Origin: Octopus sinensis
Lineage: Eukaryota
DNA length: 64,000 nucleotides
Assembly: GCF_006345805.1 (NCBI RefSeq)
Contig: NC_043004.1
Span: 37,634,001 to 37,698,000, forward strand
Direction: 5' to 3'
Shown: positions 53,201-64,000 of the stretch, piece by piece
Layout of the letters: each line of letters starts with the position of its first letter
Position numbering within the stretch: the stretch's first letter is position 1
Position numbers and translations under genes: made by a program
The notes under the pieces: model-generated
What the model saw: only the letters and a program-made list of their open reading frames with translations
Database searches by the model: none
What the model was told of the DNA's origin: nothing

Positions 53201-56200
53201 CACTACCAACAGGCATTATTCAGGAAACAGCCTCCGACATTGATGCTCTTCAACAATACATCAACGAAAATGAGCCAAAGTTGCTTCAGGACCAGCAGCA
53301 CACATACAGTGCTGTCTATGCTTCAATTTGTGAATGCAAAAGAGGTATTTTCTGTTTAGATGCCCCAGGAGGAACTGGTAAAACATTTGTGACTAAACTT
53401 CTTGCAAAAGTACGCCAGCAAAAGGGGATCACTTTAGCTGTAGCTTCAGAGTAGGACGACTCATTCAACCTTCAAACTCCCATTCAATCCTTCTGCGTCC
53501 AACTCAGCCACCTGCAATATTACAAAAGACTCAGACAAATCAGAAGTGCTGTGAAGGTGCCAGCTCATTGTTTTGGATGAATGCACCATGACACATAAAG
53601 GATCTCCTAAAGCACTGGACAGGATCCTGAAAGACATCAGGGGCTGCATTAGACCCATGGTGATTTCAGATAAACCCTACCCATAATTCCAAAAGACACC
53701 AGAGCCAACACTGTAATGGCTTGCATTAAGTTATCTTCCTTGTGGCAGGACGTGACAATTTTAACTCTTACAACAAACATGAGGGCCCGACTTTTTGACG
53801 ACAACTTATCAGGTGACTTCTCCAAGCAACTTCTCACTGTTGGTGATGGTACAGCTCCCTCCGATGCAGCTGGAGAGATGGCTGTCTCACACGTAGGTAT
53901 GCCTGTGGACAACCTTACGACTGCTGTTTTCCCCGATCTGCACATAAACTACCAAAACCTGAATTGGCTGGGCAAAAGAGCTATATTAGCTCCCATAAAC
54001 ACATTTGTTGCAAAACTCAAAGAAAACCTACTGTGAAGCCTTCCTGGAAAACTTCACACCTACAAGTCTATGGACACTGTTGTGGACCAAGAAGAACCCA
54101 TAAATTTTCCTACAGAATTCCTCAATTCCTTGGACCCCTCCAGACTACCGCCTCATCAACTGCACCTCAAAATTGGAGCTCCGGTCATGCTACTGAGGAA
54201 CCTAGAGCCACTATGTCCGTGCAGTGTAATGTGCTTAGTGATAAAAAATGTGCTGCCTCATGTTATTGAAGCAACAATTCTTATGGGTTGCGGCATCAGA
54301 GACAACATCTTTATACCCAGGATATCTCTTACTCCATCACATAAGCAATGTCCCTGTCCTTTTTGTTGACTTCAGTTCCCTGGCAGCTCCTGAATGATGT
54401 TACACAAAATGTTTTTTATTTCATTTTCCGCTTGCAACGCAACAGTCACACTATCTTTGAATAGTTCTGTATTTTTTGGAATTAGCCTTCATAAACCATC
54501 TGCATGGCCTAACATCTTGGATGGTATATACTCCATCTTAAAGTCATAATTCAACAATATCTTACCCCAGTGTTGAAACCTATTTGCAGTATGGGTAGGA
54601 ATTCCTTTCTTCGACCCCAAAATTGATAATAATGGTTGGTGATCAGATTCTAGCCAAAAACTTCTACCATGCAAAATTCTGTGAAATTTCTTCATGGCAA
54701 AAACGATCGCTTCTTTCTCTATTTAACTATAGTTTTTCCTGCTGCTATCAGAGAACACGAGGAATGAACCACCACCTTCATATTACCATCTTTATATTTG
54801 TGTTACATTACTGTTCCTGTGCTGTATTCAGAAGCTCCAGCAATCTTCACTGCAGGATCAAAATGTGCCAGCGACAAACCTGATGTTAATGTTTTTCTTT
54901 TAATATCATCAAATGCCTTTTTACTATTATTTGACCGATTCCACTTCTCTCAAAACAGGAAAAAACCCCTTCAACCCCATCCCCACCCTGACTGAGGTAC
55001 CTCACTTCAGAATAATACAGAAGCACTCCATATTCACTGTCCATGATGGATATAAAAAAGAAATTGAACTATTGTAGTTGAGAGCTCTTCTCTGTATAAA
55101 ATATATGGTTTTCACAGCCACATCTACGATGTCTTTTCCTCTGCTGTCTGTGTCTCTTGATGCAGAATGCAATGGATTACAAAGATGAGCACACCAACAC
55201 TGTTCAAGTTTTCTTTAAAAAGGTCTACTAAACTCACTTTTCTCAGAGCACATTGCAGGTGCACCATCTGATGGCACTGGCATGAGTTTGTCCAATTCAA
55301 TCTTGCATACTTTTGTAGTTCACTAAATATATTTTTCCTTGTAACCATTCTCGTCAACATCATCTTCATTTAATGTCTGTTTTCCATGCTGGAGCCTCAT
55401 ACTTTTGTAATATGTTTATAGATTCAGCGAGTCAAAAAGAAAAAAAATTCTACTAGTCCCATATTGATAGTTGATAAGACAATCATAAAAGATTTTGCAG
55501 ATTGCATTTTCCCTCTAGAGCTGAAAAAAATTAATAAAACTAGTAAAAAGTGAATAACATGAAACAGTTGAAGACAAAATAAATCAAAAACTATTTGCTA
55601 GCCAATAGTTCTGGTTCCTTATACTTTAACCCACTCATCTAGCATATAGCCATCACCCTATTTACTGTAACCCTACTCAGTTGAAAGAATCTTAGTCTTG
55701 CAAACTGCATGGCAGCCTCACTAGTCTTGGTTTCATGAAAAAGGACTACCCAATACAAGCTGTAAAGTGGTTGGTTTTGGGGAATACCAAAGCAGACCTT
55801 AGAACTTTACGCAGTCCTTGGGCATGTCAAAATGTTGAAACCTGTCATAGTGTGCATCCCATGCCAACAAGGAGGAGGAGGAAGTGGTGGTGGTGGTGGT
55901 GTGTGTGTGTGTGTCTAAACCATTAACAGTTTCCTGATTAACATAATATTCCACAATATCGACACATGTATGATTATATATCTGTATCAATATTCAGCAG
56001 TGTTTCATCTTCCTCAACTTCCTTTTCCATTTTCCTTCCTTCCTTTCTCTATCTCTACGTATATTACCACCATCAGTCACAATTACAATCTCAGTATGGC
56101 TTCTGAAACAATAACATGTGCTATAGATCAGGTGATCTTTATTTGTGTTGATCATAATGTCTCTGATAACTGATTTTGATGAGTCCTTGGTATTGTGGGT

Positions 56201-59200
56201 ATGTTTGTTTAATATTAGTTTAATTAAACTAGTAAATATTCATGTTCCTAAACACAACTCCATATATTGATTTTTTTCTACCCTTTTTGTAAAAACAAAT
56301 GTCAAAAACTTATACAAATAATGATTTGGTTCTTCTTTCTTTTCAGTTGGTAACATTCCTTATGAAGCTACTGAAGAACAACTCAAGGAGATCTTTGCTC
56401 AGGCTGGTCCTGTAGTTAGTTTTAGGTAAAATCTCACTATATATTCTCTAAACATGAAGATCCCGATATTTATATATTACCTTTAGTATGCTATTTCAAC
56501 AAAATGTGATTGTCATGAAGTCTCCATTTTGTTCAAACTGGTCATTCTCTTTAGTTTCATAATCTTTTTCTTTTGTTTTTTCTTAAGCTTCACTAGATAA
56601 GATCTATTTGTATGTATTTGAATGCTAAAACTTCAAATATACATATCATATGTAGAAGTTCGAATATAAAAAATATCTGCAAAAATAAAAGTTGGTGTTT
56701 GATTTATAGTTTTAAATATCACAAGAGAAGAAATGGTTGGAAATAATTATCTAAAGGCTAAGAGAAGGGATTTTTTTATTATTATTATTTTTTTCCTGAT
56801 GTATTTATTGATCAGCAGAATACTTTGATTCTTATATGCGTATACAGCATAACATATCTGTTGGCTAGAATTCCATAATTTGTTTACTGATATGTTTAAT
56901 CTGGAAATGCTAAATGTTTATTCAAGTATCATCAAGTGATGTTTTTTCTGTATTAACATTGATGAAATGTATTGTTTAGTTCATCCTACTCTCTTTGATC
57001 ATCATTGTTTAACATCCATTTTCCATGCTGGCATGGGTTGGACGGTTTGACTGAGGTCTGAAGAGCCAGAAGGCTGCACCAGGCTCCCATCTGATCTGGC
57101 AGCGTTTCTACAGTTGGATGCCCTTCCTAACACCAGCCACTCTGAGTGTAGCAGGTACTTTTTATGTGCCACTGGCACAAGAGCCAGTAGCAATCAAAAA
57201 ATAGTGCAGCTATTATTGAACTAGCCTTCATCTTTACTCTCTCATTCTGCCTTTGCATCATTAAAAAAATAATAAATGTTTTTTTTTTTTAATATAAGTT
57301 ACATGATTTTATTTTATATAATTACTTAATTTTCAGATTAGTTTATGACAGGGAAACTGGTAAACCAAAAGGTTATGGCTTTTGTGAATATCAAGACATT
57401 GAAACAGCACAAAGTGCCATGCGTAACCTCAACAACTATGACTTCAACGGGCGACCACTGCGTGTGGGTGTTGCTGCTGGTGAACAAAACAAAGAAGAGC
57501 TGAAGAGTATGCAACAAGCTATTGGTGGGCCTCCTGTTGAAGTGAGTTGGTTTTTTTGGTATTCTTTTAAACTTTATTTCTCTCGAAATATTTTGCCAAC
57601 ACTTGTGTTTTTAAGAAGAGAAAAATCTAACTGTAAGATACTGCTGTATTTAAGTATTTGCAATACTTGATGGGGACATAATATTGAAGAAAAATCAAGG
57701 AATTCTTTAATAGTACGATGAAAGAGCCTTGAACAGAAGAATGTAAAAGCCCCATCATGCTTTGAGTGGAAGGGTATCCAACTGAAGAAGACCATGCCAA
57801 ATCAGACTGGAGTCCAGTGCAGCCTTCCAGCATGCCAGCCTGGTCAAACCATTCAACCCATGCCAGCTTGGACAACAGATGTTAAATGATGATATATATG
57901 AATGTACATATATATTTGTGTGTGTGTCTGTTTGTCCCCATAACTTAGTGGTTTGGCAAAAGAGACCAGTGGAATATATACCAGGCTTAAAAAAAACATA
58001 TAAGGACTAGGGTCAATTTGTTATGCTAAATCCTGCAAGCCACAGCCCAGTGACCGAAACAAGTAAGAGATAAAAGATTCCAGAACTGTGTCTAATGCCA
58101 TTTGCTATGTTGGTGACTGTAGTACTTGCATCTATGGAACTCACATTTCTGGATAGCCTGTCCATGATTCCACTACATCTCCTGTGTTTTCATAGTTTAT
58201 ATTGGATACAGTGATGCATTTGTTAGTGGAACTTAGAAGCAAAGCTCATTGAGTATTTTCTTCAAGATTTTTCTGAAGAAATTTTTTTCAGTTTGAATAA
58301 TGAGATTACAACGTATATGCATTGAAAGGCAACACCACATTCATTACATCTATAGAAGAGATGAAGACATATCTTGGTATGATTTTTGTCTAATAGGAGT
58401 TGTGCAGCTTCCACAGCACAGAGACTACAATTCAACTCTGAGACAGGAAATCAATGCCTAGGAATAGATATATCTGAACACACTAACTATTGTCAGCTTA
58501 CTTGTATTCAACTTATCTGGTCAGGTGACAGTGACATGATGACAGGTGAAGTCAACAATAACAAGTAAATGCCATATTCATAATGTACACCAACAATCAT
58601 TACATTCTATCACCAAGTTTCATTCATATTCATGCAACAGTTATATTTTTATGATTTTTATACTGGACTAATTGCATTTTCTTCAAAATCTTTAGTTTCT
58701 AACAGGATTAAATTTACATAGAGAAAGCACTATAGAAATTTAAGAGTTAACAATACATTAATGTAATCTCTCAACATTGCATTAATGTGTGTTCTCAGCA
58801 GACAAGCCTGTTTCTTGGAAAGATTTAAATATTACTAGCAGTATAACCCGGCCTTGCCCGGGATTAAGTTACGATTATTAAGCTAATCAAGTTCTTTATT
58901 TCAAACCAAACTAAGTAATATCGACTCTCAACAAAACACTTTTTTACTCGGCATAAAATGAAACAAAACTCTTTCGCACCCAAAGTAATGTGCGTGAGAG
59001 AGAGAGGGAGGAGAAAGATGAACAATTTAAAATAAATATATTGTAATTGTTGTGTGAGAAGGTATATATACTATGATTATATAATATAGTGTCTTTCAAA
59101 AACATCCTGAATTTGAACACTATATCTCGTGTTTAAGAAAAAACATTTTACATTTTATTTTTTATGAATGTCATCACTTACTCTCTCTCTTCCTCTCTCA

Positions 59201-62200
59201 CTTTGTCTTTCCTATGAAACTCTCTGCCTCCTTCCACTTTTCTTTATCTTATTTTTTTTGTTAGACGCCGTCAAAAAGCTATGGCTGATATTTTTTATGG
59301 CTAAAAGCTATTGCTGAAAATAGAATTTTACCGCTATCCGCAGGTGCGTCAGGAAAAAAATAATTTGACAAAACCTAGATAGGATGTTGACGAATGTCCT
59401 CCTAAAATTTGAGTGACATGCGTGCTAATTTGTGGATGTGCATAAATTACAATCACGTACACACACACACCATGCCTTTTATAGATATAACTTTTTCTTA
59501 AAAAATTCATTGGTTATTCCTATATTAGAAACAAATATAAATATTACAAAAATAATGAAAGAAATGTCAATAAGATTGTTGCAATATACCCTTAATAAAT
59601 AATGTCTAACATTTACATCTTTTTATTTACTGTATTTTAATGACTGTATTAAGAATATTCATAATGATGAATAACTTTGCAGAGTCCTTATGGGGACCAA
59701 GTAGAACCAGAAAAGGCACCAGAAGCAATATCAAAAGCAGTTGCCAGTCTACCTCCAGAGCAGATGTTTGAATTAATGAAACAGATGAAGGTGAATTTTT
59801 TTCTCTAATATTTTTCAGCTTTGTTTTCTGAGTTATTATTGCATTAATATACATTGATTTGACTATTAAAAAAATGTTTATCGTTTGTGGTTTAACTATG
59901 GATGTTCTTTAAGTAGTTTCAAATGCCTTATATGTACACACATACATATATAGAGTAGGATAGAACTCTTGTCTTTACTGGATTATATCCCATCTCATTT
60001 AAGTCTCTCTCATCAGAAAATGAATTAAATCTTTTGCCAAGTCCATCTATCTAAGATATGCATCCCTTTGCAACTTCATCCAGGTTTTTACCTGAGATAT
60101 TGAACTAAACAGTTCATCATTTTATATCTGCCTTCCATGCTGCCATAGACAGGACAGGTCAGTTCTTACTTGAAGTTACTGCCCTCATATGAGTTGGAGG
60201 ACCACGTTTTTCTCAAATATTCAGTTTTTAAGTATTACAGTCAATAAGTGCAAGTCTACCGATAATAAATCAACATTTTAGAAGCATCTAGCACATTAAT
60301 ATGTATTAATGGTTATGGACTGTTTTTAATATTGGTAGTAGAAAGTTAGAAAGTGACTTCTTCTGTTGGTTAGGATAAATACTAGCTACTACATTAGAAA
60401 TAACTGGAAATAGAACTTGTGTACCCTGTTTCCTGATGAGCACATAACTATCTAATTTGTATATTTACCTGAATTATAGGATTTTCTGAAGTTAGTCTTG
60501 CAAATAGGTCAATTGTGTCCAAGAACCTTGTTCTTTCTTCATTTCCAGTACCACATCTACTGCTTTCAGTTATGCAAGAGAAGCCATCATAGTATTAAAG
60601 TCACCAATCCTGATAAAGAGGTCGATGTAATTCATTATCAAAGTGATTTTACTACAGTTTTTCATAAAAGCAGTCGTTCTGTTCATCTGCCAGTACTAAC
60701 CTTGAACATTTCAAAAATAAGCATTAGTTTGAGAAGAAAGGCAGCTTTCAGTAGAGACTATCTAGACAGGGGAATAGGAATAATTGTGTGAAGTTAATGT
60801 AATTAATGTTTATTTTGACCCTTTTCCACTTCTTCGATATCTCCTCTCTCTGTGACATTCATTCTCCCCACTTCACCCTCTCCTGTTCATTGTACCTTAC
60901 TGCCCATGTAACTAGAGATGACAGTGGATCTCTTGCCCACTGTATCATGCTACCTGTGTAACTAGGGATGACACTAAAGTTTTTCAATCGTACCATCACT
61001 CTTAACAGTCACTGCACAAAACCATTTTTGTAATTAAAGATGGCATTGGATTCTCTTGTTCATACTATCTTGAATGATTGGGGAAGCCTGCAGTAGTGAA
61101 GACTCTTTAGCCTTGCAGACTACAAAACATTTAGTGCTGGTGCCATGATAAATGCTTGGTGAATAGGCAGAGTCAGTGTAATGTTAAAAAAGATGTTTTA
61201 GTTTGGCTGAGGACAGACTATTATTGATGCTACAATAAATTGCATCCAATATACTCTGTACTGTAGTTGATATTAGAAAAAGCACCCAGCTATAGAAACC
61301 ATGAATATATCAGCAAGGTATGGACCATGATGACACATTTAATACATGCTAGCATGGAAAGCAGGCATAGAATCATAGTGGTGGTGATGACATTATTTAA
61401 ACTCATTCCAGAACACACATATAAATATATATATATGCACATACTTAAAATTGTTTCAGATTGTGGTGAAAAATATCTTTTTTATATATCAAATTAATTA
61501 TTTCTGTGAGACATTAGTGAGATGAATATATTGTTGAGTCATTGTTTTACAGCTGGAAGCCCTTCTTGTCACTAGTTCTCTGTATGTTTTTTTTAGTTAG
61601 GGGTGTTCTATTCTACATGTCTTGTGAGTCCATAGCTTGCACTGGGTACACTGAATGAAATTTCTGCTTACACCCTTCTTACGTATAAGAGCAGGGCCAT
61701 TTACTTGAATTCTCATTTACATACAACTAGGCTATTTTGGCTAAGCTGGTAAGATAAACCAGGAAATTTCTCAGCCAGTTGCAGCTGGGTTAGTAACAAA
61801 AAGAAGGGCTTGCTGCTCTTCCTTATGACCTTTGAACATGCAGAACTGCCATCATTATCACAATATCTTAAATAGATTTAATGAGTTACAAAGTTTAGTA
61901 GTTACGAGGCATATGGAAGTAGATGTCTAAGAAGTAGTGTTACTTATTTAACTGTCTATGTGAGGGTGGGCACATTTGCTGTCTTGCACAATTAGCTGGG
62001 ACACCTCATGACCACTATTTATCTCTTTGCAGCTGATTCATTTCTCACTCTCCCTTAAATATGAGCAAACATGTAGCTCCTCTACAAGAAACTAGTCAGC
62101 CGCGTCCCCTTCTCTCATATCTCAACCCTCACCCATGAGCATAAAGCCCCTCCCTTCAGGTTTTGTAGGTTTGTGAGCTGTTAGGAGTGTTCCATTCTAC

Positions 62201-63237
62201 ATGTCCAAAGTAAGCAGGTGATTTGTTGGTAACATTATATATACATATGTATAGTGGACATTAGAAAATTTTGTTTTGCTGAATGATGTGTACAAATAAT
62301 TCATTATTTTGATTAAATGTATGTCCTGTACTTTAGCTCAAATGTATGTACTTTTCATTAGCTCACTCATTCCATGAAATTGATGTTGCCTGAACAGGCG
62401 CAGTGTACTACACATTAGGTGTGTAAGTGATTGCAGGGCAACATGAGAGTGTTTTGATCCAAGAATTGAAATCACAATCTAGCAATTGTGAGTGCAACAC
62501 TGTAACCATTAGGCGATGCCACCTTCACACACACACATATGTATTGGGTTGGTTAAAATTTTGGTTTTTGTCACTACTAAACTTCAAGCACTCTAATAAG
62601 TAGCTAACTTCAGTCTGTCCTTTGTGTGTGCTTACTTGTTAGATACTAGACACTTCAATGTAGTTTGTTGCCATCTTGCGATTAGACAGGTTGTATTTTG
62701 TGTACTTGAATTCACCCTGAAAATGAAGAACCCAAACGAACATTATCAACACCTCATGCTATTTTATTTTAAAAAGACAAGAAAGTGGTGCAAATCTTCA
62801 GGAATGTATGTGCTATGTACTAAGAGGATGTTCCTATGGGACGTGTGCCAGAAGTGGTTTACAAGATTTCAGTCAAGAAATTTTTTTCTGTTCAAGATGC
62901 ACCCCACTCTGGCTGACCAATTGAGATTAACAGTGACACCAACTCAGCACTTTATGTATTACATGTATAATTATTCTAAGTTTCTATTTTGCTTTTTCTA
63001 TACATATTCTACTTATTTTTCTCTGTATATTCAACTTTATATTTTGACTGTTTGTAATTTTTTCAGTTTCATGTTATTGTTTCAATATTTTAAGGTTTTA
63101 ATTCTACTTTCCTTTAGCTCTGCATTCAGAACAATCCAAATGAGGCTAGAAATATGTTATTACAAAATCCACAGCTGGCATATGCTCTGCTTCAAGCTCA
63201 GATTGTTATGCAGATTGTTGAACCACAAGTAGCTACG
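50213..63237 (+). CDS. CSTF2: Cleavage stimulation factor 64 kDa subunit, first 5 coding exons (gene continues beyond window)
   Basis: join(50213..50282,56347..56425,57337..57541,59683..59790,63118..63237), 194 codons, all [24 protein letters not shown]...[10 protein letters not shown] and hinge [32 protein letters not shown]...[12 protein letters not shown]. Confidence 0.95.
52015..54370 (+). mobile_element. Internally deleted Helitron with Pif1-like helicase relic (CSTF2 intron 1)
   Basis: A|TCTATATCTATAAAA 5' end. [17 protein letters not shown], Walker [10 protein letters not shown] and GLPPH-like [21 protein letters not shown]. Multiple frameshifts. 3' CTAG end not found. Confidence 0.88.
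54489..54710 (-). pseudogene. Gypsy (Mag-type) pol RNase H fragment
   Basis: [42 protein letters not shown]...HADGL. Confidence 0.8.
55110..55335 (-). pseudogene. hAT (Charlie/SPIN-like) transposase fragment
   Basis: ...[10 protein letters not shown]...VIHCILHQE. Same catalytic region as 1-168. Confidence 0.6.
56347..56425 (+). CDS. CSTF2: CSTF2 exon 2
   Basis: (V)[25 protein letters not shown](R), with TTTCAG acceptor and GTAAAA donor. Confidence 0.95.
57001..57190 (-). mobile_element. Family C (RTE-type 3' end). Further fragments at about 55735-55895, 57760-57893, 60110-60170 and 61285-61390
   Basis: TTTAACATCCATTTTCCATGCTGGC...GGATGCCCTTCCTAAC. Confidence 0.78.
57337..57541 (+). CDS. 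CSTF2: CSTF2 exon 3
   Basis: [18 protein letters not shown]...GGPPVE, with GTGAGT donor. Confidence 0.95.
58835..59485 (-). mobile_element. Non-autonomous Helitron (about 650 bp)
   Basis: Minus strand A|TCTATAAAAG 5' end, 3' hairpin CCCGG GCAAGG CCGGG then CTAG|T. Confidence 0.75.
59683..59790 (+). CDS. CSTF2: CSTF2 exon 4
   Basis: [36 protein letters not shown], 108 nt. Confidence 0.95.
60590..60760 (-). pseudogene. RTE-type APE endonuclease fragment
   Basis: [10 protein letters not shown] then, after a frameshift, [19 protein letters not shown] (GDFN motif). Confidence 0.5.
61600..61720 (-). pseudogene. RTE-type LINE internal cysteine-rich fragment
   Basis: KWPCS..RKGV...[12 protein letters not shown]-like reading across an indel. 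Confidence 0.45.
62544..62945 (+). mobile_element. mariner transposon 5' relic
   Basis: TA|[30 protein letters not shown]...[19 protein letters not shown] (Mos1/SETMAR-type HTH) across frameshifts. Confidence 0.78.
63118..63237 (+). CDS. CSTF2: CSTF2 exon 5
   Basis: [40 protein letters not shown], 120 nt. Confidence 0.95.
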
Positions 63238-63462
63238 GTTTGTATTAACATTTTTTCCACTTTGAAATCTGTTATATTAATACTGTCAATAATTTTTACT
63301 TTTCATTGTAACTACTGCTTTATCAGTTATTCTATCTTGTGCCAACCTTGTACCTATATTAAAAACAGTTCATAACCATTAGTACAAAAATTAATACATT
63401 AATGTAATAGCTGCTTTTAAATGTTGTTTTACTGTCTGTACGTTTGTATCCATTGGTTGTAA

Positions 63463-64000
63463 TGCCTAAATAATACTGAATTCTTATCCTTCCATGTCAT
63501 TGCAACCATTTCTTTGAAGAGATCCCCCCAACTTGCTAAGCAGTTGCTGCTAGCCATCTTCAGATCTTTTAAACTCAATATCTTCCTTTTTTCAAATTGT
63601 TTTATAATTTTAGTATGTGTATTTTGGACTATCAATCTCCTTTTATATACACTACATAAATCTGAAAGTTTCCAAAAGTCATCCTTTTTAAATCATTCTC
63701 TAAACGCTGATCCTTCTGTTAGACCACATAGTTCAATCAATAGGTCTCACTCTTTAGAAGAATTTCAGAAATCAAAAGTATCATCGTTGCCACAGAAGAG
63801 AAATACCTACAGAACTAAACCCAAAAACTCTTCTGAAATGCAAAGTAGTTCATCTGAGAGTGACTCATTGAAAAGGGATCTGCATAAGTTATCAGCTGAT
63901 CTTGAACAAGATTACGAGAGAAGTGTGAAGCATAGTCAGTTAACATGCTCATTGCCTACTAGAATTGATATGGCAAGTGAACAAATTTCTGTTGGTGTCT
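63463..64000 (+). other. Unassigned open reading frame (179 codons, runs off the window)
   Basis: Stop-free frame from the TAA at 63460-63462 to the window end. Hydrophobic stretch followed by Ser-rich sequence. First in-frame ATG is at 63838. Not recognised. Confidence 0.45.

Noticed and set aside
52912-53454. Host PIF1 helicase gene
   Set aside because: It is intronless, frameshifted and preceded by a Helitron terminus and Helitron-specific upstream motifs.
62624-63232. 202-aa ORF as a membrane protein
   Set aside because: It is a chance read-through of a mariner relic, T-rich intron and CSTF2 exon 5 in the wrong frame.
63429-63692. Minus-strand nested gene (KDLKMASSNCLASWGDLFKEM)
   Set aside because: The frame is only about 87 codons with a non-ATG track start and no recognised motif. 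The plus frame is the longer candidate.

Overview
Eukaryotic, AT-rich, repeat-dense DNA. It is most likely from an octopus-type cephalopod, inferred from the [10 protein letters not shown]-type zinc-finger array, the SINE families and the long (TA)n tracts; this was not confirmed by a search. Three host genes can be read directly. (1) A 13-finger C2H2 zinc-finger gene, 14467-15723 (-). (2) A four-exon short-chain dehydrogenase/reductase of the RDH/17beta-HSD6 type, 27647-34586 (-), 329 aa. (3) The first five coding exons of CSTF2/CstF-64, from 50213 (+), continuing past the window. The rest is mostly transposon debris. It includes a full-length decayed Mag-type Ty3/Gypsy element (both LTRs, 5-bp TSD, tRNA-Leu PBS) inserted in a telomere-like satellite and itself hit by a solo LTR. 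There is also a second Gypsy, R4-, Tx1-, CR1-, RTE- and Penelope-type non-LTR relics, Helitron pieces, hAT, Chapaev-like, mariner and Mutator-type elements, SINEs and several tandem arrays. I found no prokaryote-type system and no CRISPR array. The best leads are three hammerhead-ribozyme-like motifs, an unexplained 179-codon open frame inside CSTF2 intron 5, a CR1 insertion landing in the zinc-finger stop codon, a SINE that seems to favour a GGTATT motif present in its own body, and a satellite whose monomer also occurs singly 14 kb away. All coordinates and identities were read by eye. TE family names come from recalled motifs, not database searches.
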